Below are positions 45,724-56,572 of a stretch of DNA of 64,000 bases, piece by piece (within the stretch, counting starts at the first letter, position 1; each line of letters begins with the position of its first letter). Source of the DNA: Dehalococcoidia bacterium. GTDB lineage: Bacteria; Chloroflexota; Dehalococcoidia; Lucifugimonadales; UBA3495. Both the position numbers and the translations under genes were made by a program. The stretch is taken from NCBI GenBank assembly GCA_965201145.1, contig CBDAVT010000002.1, positions 841,084 through 905,083 of the forward strand, in the 5' to 3' direction. Under the pieces are notes generated by a model. It saw only the letters and a program-made list of their open reading frames with translations, had not been told where the DNA came from and ran no database searches.

Positions 45724-46203
45724 ATGAGGAACGTTCGCCTGGTCGGTCAATATAATACCATCCAGTCCCTTATTGAGCGAACCGGAACAGCCACCGGAGA
45801 AAATATAGAATTACAGGGGCATTGGGGACGTTATCTTTGCATATTGGCCGCGGGACTGCTGGAAAATTCAATCCGGGAAATTTACCAGGAATTCGTCCAA
45901 AACTCCGCCAGTCCTCCGGTAGCCAGCTTTGCATCATCCCGGTTGCGCGGTATCAATAACCCGAAGTCAGAGAGATTTGTTCAAGTCGCTTCCTCCTTTA
46001 GCCAGGAATGGGGACAGTCTCTGGCAGAGTTCCTGAATGCCAGCAACGGGGAGCGCAAGGACGCCATCGACTCAATAATAAATAACCGCAACCAAATTGC
46101 CCACGGCAGAAACACCAATATTTTCGTAGTTCGAGTGAAAGGCTATCTGGACCGAGTGGTGGAAGTCATTGACTTTATTGAATCCCAGTGCAGCGAGCGC
46201 TGA
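45724..46203 (+). CDS. HEPN-like protein with Rx4H motif (module 2 partner)
   Basis: The ATG directly abuts the DUF262 TAA. NNRNQIAHG motif (R-x4-H). 159-aa helical protein with the same layout as 27094..27588. Confidence 0.7.
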   Translation: MRNVRLVGQYNTIQSLIERTGTATGENIELQGHWGRYLCILAAGLLENSIREIYQEFVQNSASPPVASFASSRLRGINNPKSERFVQVASSFSQEWGQSLAEFLNASNGERKDAIDSIINNRNQIAHGRNTNIFVVRVKGYLDRVVEVIDFIESQCSER

Positions 46204-46233
46204 CTACCCGTCGGCCCAGCCCGAGAAGGTGCC

Positions 46234-46851
46234 ATGACCCTGGAACATTTGCCATCGGCCGCCCCTTCCCTGGCGCGGCTAATTCAGGAACTTAACAAGC
46301 TGCCCGGCATCGGCCCCAAGAGCGCCCAGCGGTTGGCTTACTTCATTATCCGCTTGCCCGATGCCGAGGCTTACGACCTGGCCGACGCCATCAGCGCCGT
46401 GAAGCGGAGCATTATGTTTTGCGGCCAATGCCAGAACTTGACCGACTCCAACCCGTGCGCCGTCTGCGCCAATAGCCAGCGCAACCGGGAGCAAATTTGC
46501 GTGGTTGAAGAGCCGTTGGACGTACTGGCCCTGGAGCGTACCCATTGCTACCGGGGCTTGTACCACGTCCTGCACGGCGTTCTGTCGCCCCTCAACGGGG
46601 TGGGGCCGGAGCAAATCAAGCTGCGCGAGCTTTTCGCTCGGGTGTCCGGCGGCGAGGTCAAGGAATTGGTCATCGCCACTAATCCGACGCTGGAGGGCGA
46701 GGCTACGGCGATGTACATTTCCCGCCACTTGGCCGGAAGCGATGTAAAGGTAACTCACCTGGCCCGGGGGCTGCCGGTGGGCGGTTCCCTGGAATACACC
46801 GACGAACTGACCTTGAGCCGCGCTTTTCAGGGTCGGCAGGAAATGGAGTAA
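46234..46851 (+). CDS. recR: Recombination protein RecR
   Basis: LIQELNKLPGIGPKSAQRLA (HhH), C4 finger CGQCQNLTDSNPCAVC, Toprim region. Confidence 0.95.
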   Translation: MTLEHLPSAAPSLARLIQELNKLPGIGPKSAQRLAYFIIRLPDAEAYDLADAISAVKRSIMFCGQCQNLTDSNPCAVCANSQRNREQICVVEEPLDVLALERTHCYRGLYHVLHGVLSPLNGVGPEQIKLRELFARVSGGEVKELVIATNPTLEGEATAMYISRHLAGSDVKVTHLARGLPVGGSLEYTDELTLSRAFQGRQEME

Positions 46852-46952
46852 GGCCGGTATCGGCTCTCCGGCCCGTCCCCCACCTTGCCGGAGCGTCGAG
46901 GAAATCCTGATACTCTGGCGAATCTTCCGTGTTCCGAGGACTTTAGCCGGTA

Positions 46953-47732
46953 ATGTCTGCACCCAGAATGTATCGCGCCGAGGCGCTGACGCTGAAGAAC
47001 TCTCCCTATGGTGAGGCCGACCTGCTGGTTACCGCCTACAGCCGGGAGTGGGGCAAGATACGCGCCCTGGCCAAGGGCGCCCGCCGCTCCACCGCCAAGC
47101 TGGTAGGCCACCTGGAGCCTTTGACCGTAACCCGTCTGGCCCTGACCCGGGGGCGCAGCCTGGATTTGATCAGTCAGGCCGAAACTCTGGAAAACTTTAC
47201 TGCGCTCAAGACCAACCTGACCGCCTTGACCCGAGGACTCCAGGTCGCCGAGCTGGTGGACGGGTTCGGTTCCGAAGCCAGCCCCAATGAACCCCTTTAC
47301 GTCCTGGCCCTGACCACCCTGGATGCCATTGGACGATCCCCGGATGACGAACTCCCGGCCTGGCATTTCCTCCTGCATTTGCTGTCCGTTTCGGGATTGA
47401 TGCCCGAACTGCAAAACTGCGTCGAGTGCCGCCGGCCGATCGTGCCGGGACAGCACCGCTACAGCGCAGCCGGGGGCGGGGTTTTCTGCCTGGGCTGTAC
47501 CCCAGACCAGGTAGGGCTGCGTCCATTGTCGCTGGGGGCAATCAAAGTGCTGCGGCTGCTGGCCCGCAGTCAGGCAGCGGAGCTGCCGGTCTTGAACCTG
47601 ACGCCAGCCCTTGCCCTGGAACTCAAGACCATCCTTACCGGAACGGTTCAATACTGGCTGGACCGGGAAATCCGCACCACCTCTTTCCTGAATCAACTGT
47701 CCCGCGCTACAGCGCCGGGGCGAAAAGGGTAG
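46953..47732 (+). CDS. recO: DNA repair protein RecO
   Basis: OB-fold N-terminus (AEALTLKNSPYGEADLLVTAYSREWGKIRALAKGARR) and C-terminal zinc motif CVECRRP...FCLGC. Confidence 0.9.
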   Translation: MSAPRMYRAEALTLKNSPYGEADLLVTAYSREWGKIRALAKGARRSTAKLVGHLEPLTVTRLALTRGRSLDLISQAETLENFTALKTNLTALTRGLQVAELVDGFGSEASPNEPLYVLALTTLDAIGRSPDDELPAWHFLLHLLSVSGLMPELQNCVECRRPIVPGQHRYSAAGGGVFCLGCTPDQVGLRPLSLGAIKVLRLLARSQAAELPVLNLTPALALELKTILTGTVQYWLDREIRTTSFLNQLSRATAPGRKG

Positions 47733-47884
47733 CTGCTAACGAGCCCGTATACTGAAGTTCGGCGCCCGGAGTGTCTGGCAGCTTTTGCAAAGCCGACCGG
47801 GTTGCGCTACACTAGATTGATACCGGTCAATAGGGAAATTTCCCAGAAATGAGCCACTTAGCGGACGGGAAGTAAGGTAAACAA

Positions 47885-48331
47885 GTGTCCACCTATCGCT
47901 TGAGAGTTGGCGAACAGTGGTACACCGTGGACGTGGGGGACGTCAGTCGTTCTCCGGTGGAGGTAAACGTCGACGGGCAGACTTACTACGTGGAAGTCGA
48001 CGCGGCTGAGGCAGCTCCGGCGCAGCCCCGGACCCGGCGCGGCCGTCGCCCACCCAGCCGGGTTGCGCCGCCGACCTTGCCCCGGGTCGGTGGAGCGGTG
48101 CCGGCCTTTGACCCGTCAGACAAGGTGCTGCGCGCTCCTATGCCGGGGCGGGTGATAGCCATCCGCGTCCGGCCCGGCGACCGGGTAGCTGCCGGCGATG
48201 AAGTCTGCGTGGTGGAAGCTATGAAGATGGAACAGAGCATCCGCGCCGCCCGGGATGGTTTGGTCAAGGAAATCTACGTGCGGCCCATGGATTCGGTAGG
48301 AGCTAATGACGCCCTGATCGAATTGGAATGA
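47885..48331 (+). CDS. Biotinyl/lipoyl-domain carrier protein
   Basis: C-terminal biotinyl domain with VVEAMKMEQSI (EAMKM biotinylation motif). GTG start. Confidence 0.8.
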   Translation: MSTYRLRVGEQWYTVDVGDVSRSPVEVNVDGQTYYVEVDAAEAAPAQPRTRRGRRPPSRVAPPTLPRVGGAVPAFDPSDKVLRAPMPGRVIAIRVRPGDRVAAGDEVCVVEAMKMEQSIRAARDGLVKEIYVRPMDSVGANDALIELE

Positions 48332-49149
48332 TGGCTATGTCCATAGAGTTGCAGCTGATTATCCTGTCCCTGACCCTGACTATCGGCTCGGCCATAGCCC
48401 AGGTAGTAGCCAAGCTGTGGGCCCACAAGGTTCTCAACGAGCTCAGGTCCCAACTGGAGGAAGCCCGCCGGCGCCATCGGAACCTCCTGACCGAATACTA
48501 TCTGCGCCAGCATTTTCTCTGCCGGGAACTGAGTCTGCCGCTGCCGGCCCGGCCGGCTTCCACCATTCCTCCTCAACCCGGCGACGCGGATGAAGCGTCC
48601 CGACCCCTTTGGCGAAGGCTGCTCCGCCGCAAGCCCAAAACCACCCTGACCCAAGGTTCCACCGGCTCCGCCCGGTTGATAGTTGGGCGGCACGCTTCCA
48701 GTGTAGCCTTCAGTATCATTTGGAAGCTCACTTCGGCCAGCATTTTGCGGCTGGTCCGGCCTTTGGGGATGCGTGCGGTCCAGTCGCTGGCGCCCCGGAT
48801 ACTGCAGCCCCTGGCGGCCCGGTCCGTACACATTGCGCCCCGGCTGTTCGCCCTGGGCGGCGGCGCCGGTTCTGCCGGCGGCTCCCTGGCGGCCTCCACG
48901 GCGGCGCGGGCTGCCGTCAGCACCATCTCCATAGTTGGCATTATCATCGGGCCGGCTCTGGCTGCCTGGACCGTAATCAGCGAACTCCGCAAGATTAAGA
49001 AGGCTCGCCGGAATTTGAAGGTTATGCTGGAAGAACAGAATCTGGAACTGGCCGCTTTCCAGTCCCGTAATCGAGAGCTGGAAGGCGAGTATGCCCGGGC
49101 CGCGAAATCCTGCACCGGGGCCAGAGAATTGGTGATCAGCGGCGTTTAG
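48328..49149 (+). CDS. Hypothetical membrane/coiled-coil protein
   Basis: ATGA overlap with the biotinyl-domain gene. Has an N-terminal TM, a second hydrophobic segment and a C-terminal coiled coil. No family recognised. Confidence 0.5.
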   Translation: MMAMSIELQLIILSLTLTIGSAIAQVVAKLWAHKVLNELRSQLEEARRRHRNLLTEYYLRQHFLCRELSLPLPARPASTIPPQPGDADEASRPLWRRLLRRKPKTTLTQGSTGSARLIVGRHASSVAFSIIWKLTSASILRLVRPLGMRAVQSLAPRILQPLAARSVHIAPRLFALGGGAGSAGGSLAASTAARAAVSTISIVGIIIGPALAAWTVISELRKIKKARRNLKVMLEEQNLELAAFQSRNRELEGEYARAAKSCTGARELVISGV

Positions 49150-49398
49150 CCTCAGCTACGGTTAAGTTGCTTCCCTCTATATATTTGATTTATCCACCAG
49201 TGGGCAGGTGTTCTTCCCATTGGGACGAGTCTTGATGTTTCCCGATAGCAAAGCCAGCTCTCGGCTGGACTGCTCACTGTAAATATTGGCGAGTATCCGG
49301 TATCAATCCCCGTATTAACCTTCCCTTGCCGGCGTGGATAATGGAAGCATACAGGTGTTAAAATCAGCCGTGCATATTTCTACCGAAGGTGTTGGCCT

Positions 49399-52300
49399 AT
49401 GCCTCAAGATTTTATCCACGTTAAGGGCGCGCGGGAGCACAATTTAAGGAACGTAGAAGTAACTATTCCCCGGGACAAGCTGGTAGTAATTACCGGCGTT
49501 TCCGGTTCCGGCAAAAGCTCCCTCGCCTTCGACACCATCTACGCCGAGGGGCAGCGCCGGTACGTGGAATCTCTTTCCGCCTACGCCCGGCAGTTCCTGG
49601 GCCGCATGGACAAACCGGACGTGGATTACATTGAGGGACTGTCCCCGGCCATTTCCATCGACCAAAAAGGCGTTTCGCACAACCCCCGTTCCACCGTAGG
49701 CACCGTAACTGAAATCTACGACTACCTGCGGCTGCTGTTTGCCCGGGTAGGCAAGCCCCACTGTTCCAGGTGCGGCCGTCCGGTGGAGCGGCAGACCGTC
49801 CAGCAAATAGTAGATGCCATCCTGTCCCTGCCCGAGGGAAGCCGAATCACCCTGCTGGCGCCCAAGGTGCGCCGCAAAAAGGGGGAACACAAGGACGTTT
49901 TTGAGGCGGCCCGCCGCGCCGGTTTTGTCCGCATCCGGGTCAACAACGAAATCCTGATGCTGGAAGAGACCGACAACCTTAACCTGGACAAGCAGAAGTG
50001 GCACTATATCGAGCTGGTGGTGGACCGACTCATTGTTCGCCCGGACACTGAATTGAGCCGGGTCTCGGAGTCGGTAGAGACGGCCCTGCGCGAAGGGGAA
50101 GGCGTATTGCAGGTCCTGCGGCTCCCCCAAGAGGAGGGCGCCAAAGAAGAGGAACTGGTCTTCTCCGAGCAGTTCGCCTGCGTCCGCTGCGGCATCAGCC
50201 TGCCGGAAATTGAGCCCCGAACCTTCAGCTTCAACAGTCCCCACGGCGCTTGTCCCCAATGCACCGGCCTGGGCTTCAAGCTGGAGGTGGACCCCAACCT
50301 GGTTATACCCAACCGGAACTTGTCCTTGCTAGAAGGTGCGGTGGTTGCCTGGAACCGCTCCGGCGCCTCGTCAAGCTGGTACTTGAGCATGATGGAGTCG
50401 GTGGCCCGCGCGCACGACTTCTCGCCCCGAGTTCCGGTGAAAGACTTGACCGAAGAACAATTGAAGGTAGTCCTGTACGGGGTCAAAGGCCGCAAGGTTA
50501 CTATCCGGCACCGCACCCAGAACGGCCGTACTTACAGTTGGGATACCAGGTTCGAGGGGGTCATTCCCAACCTGGAGCGGCGCTACCGGGAGACTGACTC
50601 CGACCACATGCGCCAGGAAATTGAGCGGTACATGACCGCCCGTCCCTGTCAAGCCTGCCAGGGTCAGCGTCTGAAGCCCGAAGCCTTGGGCGTCAAGGTG
50701 TGCGGGCTGAGTATCATGGACGTTACCGCAATGAACATTGCCCAGGGCGTGGAATGGGTACGAGCCATTGACCCGGATGTGCCGGGCGAGGGAGAAGGTG
50801 AAGTGCTGTCCCGCCGGGACAAGTCCATCGCCAACCAGATTCTCAAGGAAATCGAGGGCCGTTTACAGTTCCTGGACGGTATCGGTCTGGACTATGTCAC
50901 TATGAACCGGACGGCCCGCACCCTGTCCGGGGGCGAGGCGCAGCGGGTGCGCCTGGCTACCCAGATCGGCTCCGGTCTTACCGGCGTCCTTTATGTATGC
51001 GACGAGCCTACGGTAGGGCTGCATCCCCACGACGACCACCGCCTGATTAGCACCCTCACCCGGCTGCGGGATATGGGCAACACGGTCCTGGTGGTGGAAC
51101 ACGATGAGGCCATGATGCGGGCCGCCGACTACATCGTTGACCTGGGTCCCGGGGCCGGCGAACACGGCGGTTACGTGGTGGCTACCGGCAATATTGACCA
51201 GGTGATGGCGAATGGCGATTCCCTGACCGGTCAGTATCTCAGCGGGGACAAGGAAATACCCTTGCCGTCAGGCCGGCGGGCCGGCAACGGCCTGCAGATT
51301 ACAATAATCGGCGCTCGGGAAAACAACCTGAAGGGTGTGGATGTGTCCATTCCTCTGGGCCTGCTAACCTGCGTTACCGGGGTATCCGGTTCCGGCAAGA
51401 GTACCCTCATATACGACATCCTTTACAAGCGGCTGGCCCAGCAAATCAGCCGAGCCCGCGACTATCCCGGCGACCATGACGACGTTACCGGCATTGAGCA
51501 CATCGACAAGGTGGTCAGCATCGACCAGTCCCCCATCGGCCGTACTCCCCGCAGTAATCCGGCCACCTACACCGGGGCCTTCACGCCGATTCGGGAGTTG
51601 TTCGCCTCCCTGCCCGAAGCCAGAGTGCGCGGTTACAAACCCGGGCGTTTTTCCTTTAACGTCAAGGGCGGCCGCTGCGAGGCCTGTCAGGGCGAAGGCT
51701 ACAATCAGATTGAGATGCAGTTCCTGCCCGACGTAACGGTGCCTTGCGAGATTTGCCACGGTCGTCGCTACAACCGGGAAGCTCTGGAGGTCACCCTGCG
51801 GGACCAGAGCATTGCCGACGTGCTGGATATGACGGTGGATCAGGCTCTGGAGTTCTTCTGGAACTTTCCGCGTATTCGGCCCAAACTGGAGACCTTGCGC
51901 GACGTTGGATTGGGCTATATCCGCCTGGGGCAGCCGGCAACCACCCTGTCCGGGGGCGAGGCCCAGCGAGTCAAGCTGGCGACCGAACTGGCCAAGCGGG
52001 CTACGGGCAAGACCCTTTATCTGATGGATGAACCTACTACCGGGCTGTCCTTTGAAGATTGCGCCGCCCTGCTGCGGGTGCTGCATCGGCTGGTGGACAA
52101 CCGCAATACCGTAGTGCTGATTGAGCACAATCTGGACCTGATTAAGAACTCGGACTGGATTATTGATCTGGGCCCCGGCGCCGGCGACCGGGGCGGCCGG
52201 CTGATTGCCACCGGCACCCCGGAACAGTTGGCTCAAATCACCGAGTCCCACACCGGACGCTATCTGCGGCCGCTGCTGGAAAAGGACGGCCGGGAACCTT

Positions 52301-52443
52301 TAACGGTGGTGGAGCCGCCACCCGAATACGCCGTTCCGGGAACAATCAAAGAAAAGAAGTCGGCCGGCAAGGGCAAGCGAAAGACGGCCAGCAAACGAAC
52401 CAAAGAACCGGATAAGGAACCGGCAGTGGTGGGGGATGATTAG
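49399..52443 (+). CDS. uvrA: Excinuclease ABC subunit A
   Basis: [36 protein letters not shown], two ABC modules, zinc fingers. K/E-rich C-terminal tail. Confidence 0.97.
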   Translation: MPQDFIHVKGAREHNLRNVEVTIPRDKLVVITGVSGSGKSSLAFDTIYAEGQRRYVESLSAYARQFLGRMDKPDVDYIEGLSPAISIDQKGVSHNPRSTVGTVTEIYDYLRLLFARVGKPHCSRCGRPVERQTVQQIVDAILSLPEGSRITLLAPKVRRKKGEHKDVFEAARRAGFVRIRVNNEILMLEETDNLNLDKQKWHYIELVVDRLIVRPDTELSRVSESVETALREGEGVLQVLRLPQEEGAKEEELVFSEQFACVRCGISLPEIEPRTFSFNSPHGACPQCTGLGFKLEVDPNLVIPNRNLSLLEGAVVAWNRSGASSSWYLSMMESVARAHDFSPRVPVKDLTEEQLKVVLYGVKGRKVTIRHRTQNGRTYSWDTRFEGVIPNLERRYRETDSDHMRQEIERYMTARPCQACQGQRLKPEALGVKVCGLSIMDVTAMNIAQGVEWVRAIDPDVPGEGEGEVLSRRDKSIANQILKEIEGRLQFLDGIGLDYVTMNRTARTLSGGEAQRVRLATQIGSGLTGVLYVCDEPTVGLHPHDDHRLISTLTRLRDMGNTVLVVEHDEAMMRAADYIVDLGPGAGEHGGYVVATGNIDQVMANGDSLTGQYLSGDKEIPLPSGRRAGNGLQITIIGARENNLKGVDVSIPLGLLTCVTGVSGSGKSTLIYDILYKRLAQQISRARDYPGDHDDVTGIEHIDKVVSIDQSPIGRTPRSNPATYTGAFTPIRELFASLPEARVRGYKPGRFSFNVKGGRCEACQGEGYNQIEMQFLPDVTVPCEICHGRRYNREALEVTLRDQSIADVLDMTVDQALEFFWNFPRIRPKLETLRDVGLGYIRLGQPATTLSGGEAQRVKLATELAKRATGKTLYLMDEPTTGLSFEDCAALLRVLHRLVDNRNTVVLIEHNLDLIKNSDWIIDLGPGAGDRGGRLIATGTPEQLAQITESHTGRYLRPLLEKDGREPLTVVEPPPEYAVPGTIKEKKSAGKGKRKTASKRTKEPDKEPAVVGDD

Positions 52444-52669
52444 GCAGCGTTTCTTTTGAGGTGGTCTGAGTATAGGGGCAATCATAAAGATTGCTCCGGA
52501 TATACCGAAACTAATCTTATGGTCTGACTTAAACCACCTAAATTGCAACTCTACCAGCCCTGCAGTAAGTGGACATTGCCTGTATTGAAGGGGATAATCT
52601 TTCAGCGCGGTTGTTTCTACTGACCGTTACATTATGCTGATTGGCGCAAAACCGGAGGACATAAACCGT

Positions 52670-54181
52670 ATGACCCAAACCGCAACGCTTCAATACGACC
52701 TGCTGATTGACGGCCAGTGGCAGCCGGCCACTTCCGGCGATTACTTTGACGTGGAAAATCCGGCTACCGGGGAGACGGTGGCCCGAATGGCCAACGCCGG
52801 CCCGGAGGATGTGGCTCAAGCTGTCGCCAGCGCCCGGCGCGCCTTCAAGCATGGCCCTTGGTCTGACCTACCCGATGCCGAGCGAGGCAAAATCCTGTGG
52901 CGCATGGCGGATATTGTGGAGGAGCGGCGGATGGAGCTGGGCCGGATGGAGTCCATCTCCAACGGGCGGCCCATATCCGAGACTTCTTCCCAAATGCTGG
53001 TGGTAGCCAGCTACTTCCGCTATTTTGCCGGTTTCTGCGACAAGATTCAGGGTTCCACCGTTCCCACCGACCGGGGGCATCTCAACTACACGGTGCGCGT
53101 TCCCCTGGGCGTGGTGGGGCAGCTTACTCCGTGGAACCATCCCTTGATGATCGCCGCCAAGAAGCTGGCGCCGGCATTGGCCGCCGGCTGCGTCGTAGTA
53201 TTGAAGCCTTCGGAGTGGGCGCCGCTGACTCCTACGGAAATCGGCAATATCGCCCTGGAAGCCGGGCTGCCCCCGGGCGTGCTCAACATTGTCAACGGCT
53301 TTGGCCCTACCGCCGGCAAATCGCTGGCGGGAGACCCCCGGTTGGGCAAACTGGACCTGACCGGCGGCACGGAAACGGGTCGCGCCGTCGGCGAGGTGGC
53401 CGGCCGCAATCTCACCCAGCTGCAAGCCGAACTGGGCGGCAAGGCGCCCGTAATAGTTTTCCCGGACGCCAACCTGGAAGATGCGGTCAATGGCTGCGCC
53501 TTCGCCTCCTTCGTCGCCTCGGGGCAGACCTGTATCCAGGGTTCCAGGGCGGTGGTGCACCGCTCGATCTACGACCAATTTGTGGCCCAACTGTCGGCAA
53601 AGGCGGCGGACATCCGCCTGGGCAGTCCCACTGACTTTGCGACCCAGATGGGGCCGGTGGTCTCCAAGCCGGCTTACGATCGCATTCTCAACTACGTGGA
53701 TATTGCCCGGCAGGAGGGAGCCGCAGTAGCCCATGGCGGCAAACATCCGGCGGGAGCGGAATTTGCCAATGGATACTTTATCGAGCCGACGGTACTGGCT
53801 GACGTGAACCAGCGAATGACGGTGGCCCGGGAAGAAATATTTGGCCCGGTGGTCTGTGTCATACCCTTCGATACCGAGGAAGAGGCCATAGCCATTGCCA
53901 ACGATATACCCTACGGGCTGGGCTGTTCAATCTGGACCCGCGACGTGGCCCGGGCGCATCGGGCAGCGTCGGCAGTAGAAGCTGGGATAGTGTGGATTAA
54001 TGACCACCACCGACTGCACCCCGGGATACCCTGGGGCGGGTTCAAGGACAGTGGCTACGGCCGGGAGGGCAGCTTCGACTTTATCCACGAATACACGGCG
54101 CCCAAGTACGTCTGTGTGCGGGTCGAACCCCAGGGATTTGACTGGTACGCAGTCAGCGGGCCGAGGCAGCGGCTGAACTAG
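52670..54181 (+). CDS. NAD(P)-dependent aldehyde dehydrogenase
   Basis: ELGGKAP and catalytic-Cys region SGQTCIQGSR, EEIFGPV. GGAGGA RBS. Confidence 0.9.
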   Translation: MTQTATLQYDLLIDGQWQPATSGDYFDVENPATGETVARMANAGPEDVAQAVASARRAFKHGPWSDLPDAERGKILWRMADIVEERRMELGRMESISNGRPISETSSQMLVVASYFRYFAGFCDKIQGSTVPTDRGHLNYTVRVPLGVVGQLTPWNHPLMIAAKKLAPALAAGCVVVLKPSEWAPLTPTEIGNIALEAGLPPGVLNIVNGFGPTAGKSLAGDPRLGKLDLTGGTETGRAVGEVAGRNLTQLQAELGGKAPVIVFPDANLEDAVNGCAFASFVASGQTCIQGSRAVVHRSIYDQFVAQLSAKAADIRLGSPTDFATQMGPVVSKPAYDRILNYVDIARQEGAAVAHGGKHPAGAEFANGYFIEPTVLADVNQRMTVAREEIFGPVVCVIPFDTEEEAIAIANDIPYGLGCSIWTRDVARAHRAASAVEAGIVWINDHHRLHPGIPWGGFKDSGYGREGSFDFIHEYTAPKYVCVRVEPQGFDWYAVSGPRQRLN

Positions 54182-54336
54182 GGCGCTAACCCGGTTCCGG
54201 TGCTTCCCCATAGTTATCAACCGTTCTTGCGCATTGTTTCTGCCAGTATCGCGATGCCTTTGGCCCCGGTAGCCACTGCTTCCCCTATTTGGTAGAATAG
54301 CTGCGGCCAACCCCTAATTTTCCGGGAGGAACTGTG

Positions 54337-54981
54337 ATGGATTTGCACTATGACGGCGAAGTAAAAATCGCCAAGATTAACATGGGCCCCTACGATAATA
54401 ATGGCTATATAGTCGTATGTCCGGAGACCAATGAAGGGATAATTATCGATACCCCGGCCGAACCGGAAAAGCTGATTAATGCCGTCGGCGACGTCCAGAT
54501 TAAAGCCATCCTGATTACCCATAAACATCAAGACCATCTTAACGGTTTCCATGAAATCACCGGAGCTTTCGACGCGCCGGTGGCGGTGCACGCCAACGAC
54601 GTGGACGGCCTGCCGCGCTCGCCGGAAAGGGTGTTGAATGACGGCGACACCATCAGCTTTGGCAACCGGCAAGCGCAGGTCCTTTACACCCCCGGGCATA
54701 CCGAAGGCGCTGCCTGTTACCTGGTGGGCAAGCATCTTTTCTCCGGCGATACCCTGTTCCCCGGCGGGCCGGGCAAGTCCCGCAGCCCCGAGGCCCTGAG
54801 TCAAATTCTGGAAAGCATTAGCGGCCAACTGCTCACTTTGACTGACGACATAGCGGTTTATCCCGGCCACGGAGCGGTGGACACCAGCATCGGCGAGGCC
54901 CGCAGCCGCTATCAGGTGTTTACTTCCAAGACCCACGCTCCCGACCTGTTTGGCGACATTGACTGGCTCGAAACCGAGTAA
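54337..54981 (+). CDS. MBL-fold metallo-hydrolase (glyoxalase II-like)
   Basis: THKHQDHLNG (HxHxDH), TPGHTEGA, and GDTLF. Confidence 0.85.
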   Translation: MDLHYDGEVKIAKINMGPYDNNGYIVVCPETNEGIIIDTPAEPEKLINAVGDVQIKAILITHKHQDHLNGFHEITGAFDAPVAVHANDVDGLPRSPERVLNDGDTISFGNRQAQVLYTPGHTEGAACYLVGKHLFSGDTLFPGGPGKSRSPEALSQILESISGQLLTLTDDIAVYPGHGAVDTSIGEARSRYQVFTSKTHAPDLFGDIDWLETE

Positions 54982-55149
54982 ACGTATCGGCTCCGGGAAC
55001 AATCGCGCACGTCGCCGACTCCCGGTTCAATCTGCCCTTTCCGAGTCTGTCGATGGTCATAGCCGCCGGGCAGCCCCGGCTCGACAAGCTCGGGAAGGGT
55101 GGTTTTATTAACTTCAGAGCTGCCGGGCGGCAGCCTCTTTGAGGTAGAG

Positions 55150-56424
55150 ATGTTCCAACGTTCCGTCCTGGACAACCGGCTGCGGGTTTTAACTGCGGCT
55201 ATGCCCCACTCTACGTCGGTCTCGGTTACCGTCACTGTGGGCGCCGGCTCCCGGTATGAGCCGGATGAATTGGCCGGCCTATCCCACTTTCTCGAGCACC
55301 TGCCCTTCAAGGGAACCGAAAACTGGCCCACGGCGCGCCAGGTCAGCGAGGCTATTGAGGGCGTGGGTGGCGTGATGAATGCCAGCACCGACCGGGAGTT
55401 CACCGTATTCTGGTGCAAGGTGGCCCGGCTGCACTTCCAACAGGCTTTCTCGGTGCTGCTGGATATGGTGCTGCACCCGCTGCTGGTTCCCGCGGAAATG
55501 GAGAAGGAACGGGAAGTCATCCAGGAAGAACTGCGGATGACCAACGATTACCCCGGGCAGCGGGTGGACCTGCTGATTGATGAGCTGCTCTGGCCCGAGC
55601 AGGCAATGGGGCGGGACGTGGGCGGAACCCCGGAGTCGGTCAACAACATTACCGTCAATGATGTCCGGGAGTATATGGAGCAGCAGTACAACCCGGCCAA
55701 TACCGTCATCGCCGTAGCCGGCAACGTGGCCCATGACGAGGTGGTGCAGCTGGTTGATAGCGCTGCCCGAGGCTGGCACCCACGGGAGTCGCTGGGCTGG
55801 CAGCCCATGACCGACTACTATTCCGCTAATGGTATCGGTTCGGTGGCGCGGGTAGAACAGCGGAAAGCGGACCAGGCCCACATCTGCCTGGGACTGCCCG
55901 GCATTTCCCTGACCGACCCCGACCGATATGCTCTGGGCATCCTTAACGGAGTGTTGGGCGATGGGATGAGTAGCCGCCTGTTCCTGAACCTGCGGGAAGA
56001 GCAGGGTTTGGTCTATGACGTAGCCAGCTCGCCAAATTACTTCCGGGATTGCGGCTCCCTGGTGGTTTACTGCGGTGTTGAACCTAGAAAGACCCGCGAG
56101 GTGGTGCGGGCGGTGGTGCAGGAACTGTCCGGGATGCGCCAGGAAGTACCCGTCGGCGAACTGAACAAGGCTAAAGAATTCGCCAAGGGCCGGTTAATGC
56201 TGCGGATGGAGGACACCCGGTCGGTGGCCGCCTGGCTGGGCGCCCAGGAATTGCTGCTGGGTCAGGTGGTCACGGTAGATGAAACCGTGCAAAGGCTGGA
56301 TGAGGTTTCCGGCGCAGACGTAGCCCGGGTAGCGGAGCGGCTGTTAGACCCGGACAAACTTCGCCTGGCAGTGGTTGGCCCCCACCGGGGCGAGAAAACG
56401 CTGCAAAAAATGCTACAGTTCTGA
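55150..56424 (+). CDS. M16-family zinc peptidase (pitrilysin-like)
   Basis: Inverted zinc motif HFLEH in GLSHFLEHLPFKGT, downstream E in REVIQEE. Confidence 0.85.
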   Translation: MFQRSVLDNRLRVLTAAMPHSTSVSVTVTVGAGSRYEPDELAGLSHFLEHLPFKGTENWPTARQVSEAIEGVGGVMNASTDREFTVFWCKVARLHFQQAFSVLLDMVLHPLLVPAEMEKEREVIQEELRMTNDYPGQRVDLLIDELLWPEQAMGRDVGGTPESVNNITVNDVREYMEQQYNPANTVIAVAGNVAHDEVVQLVDSAARGWHPRESLGWQPMTDYYSANGIGSVARVEQRKADQAHICLGLPGISLTDPDRYALGILNGVLGDGMSSRLFLNLREEQGLVYDVASSPNYFRDCGSLVVYCGVEPRKTREVVRAVVQELSGMRQEVPVGELNKAKEFAKGRLMLRMEDTRSVAAWLGAQELLLGQVVTVDETVQRLDEVSGADVARVAERLLDPDKLRLAVVGPHRGEKTLQKMLQF

Positions 56425-56572
56425 GGGCGGATGGTCGCGCCGGAACTGCGGCCTAAAACGCCGGGACTTTGATTGTCTTACCCCTTCTATTCGCCGGCTT
56501 GTTCAGGAAAAAGCCACCCCCGGTAAACCGGGGGTGGCTTTTGGGTTCAACGCTTTGCCCCGCGGGAGCGGC

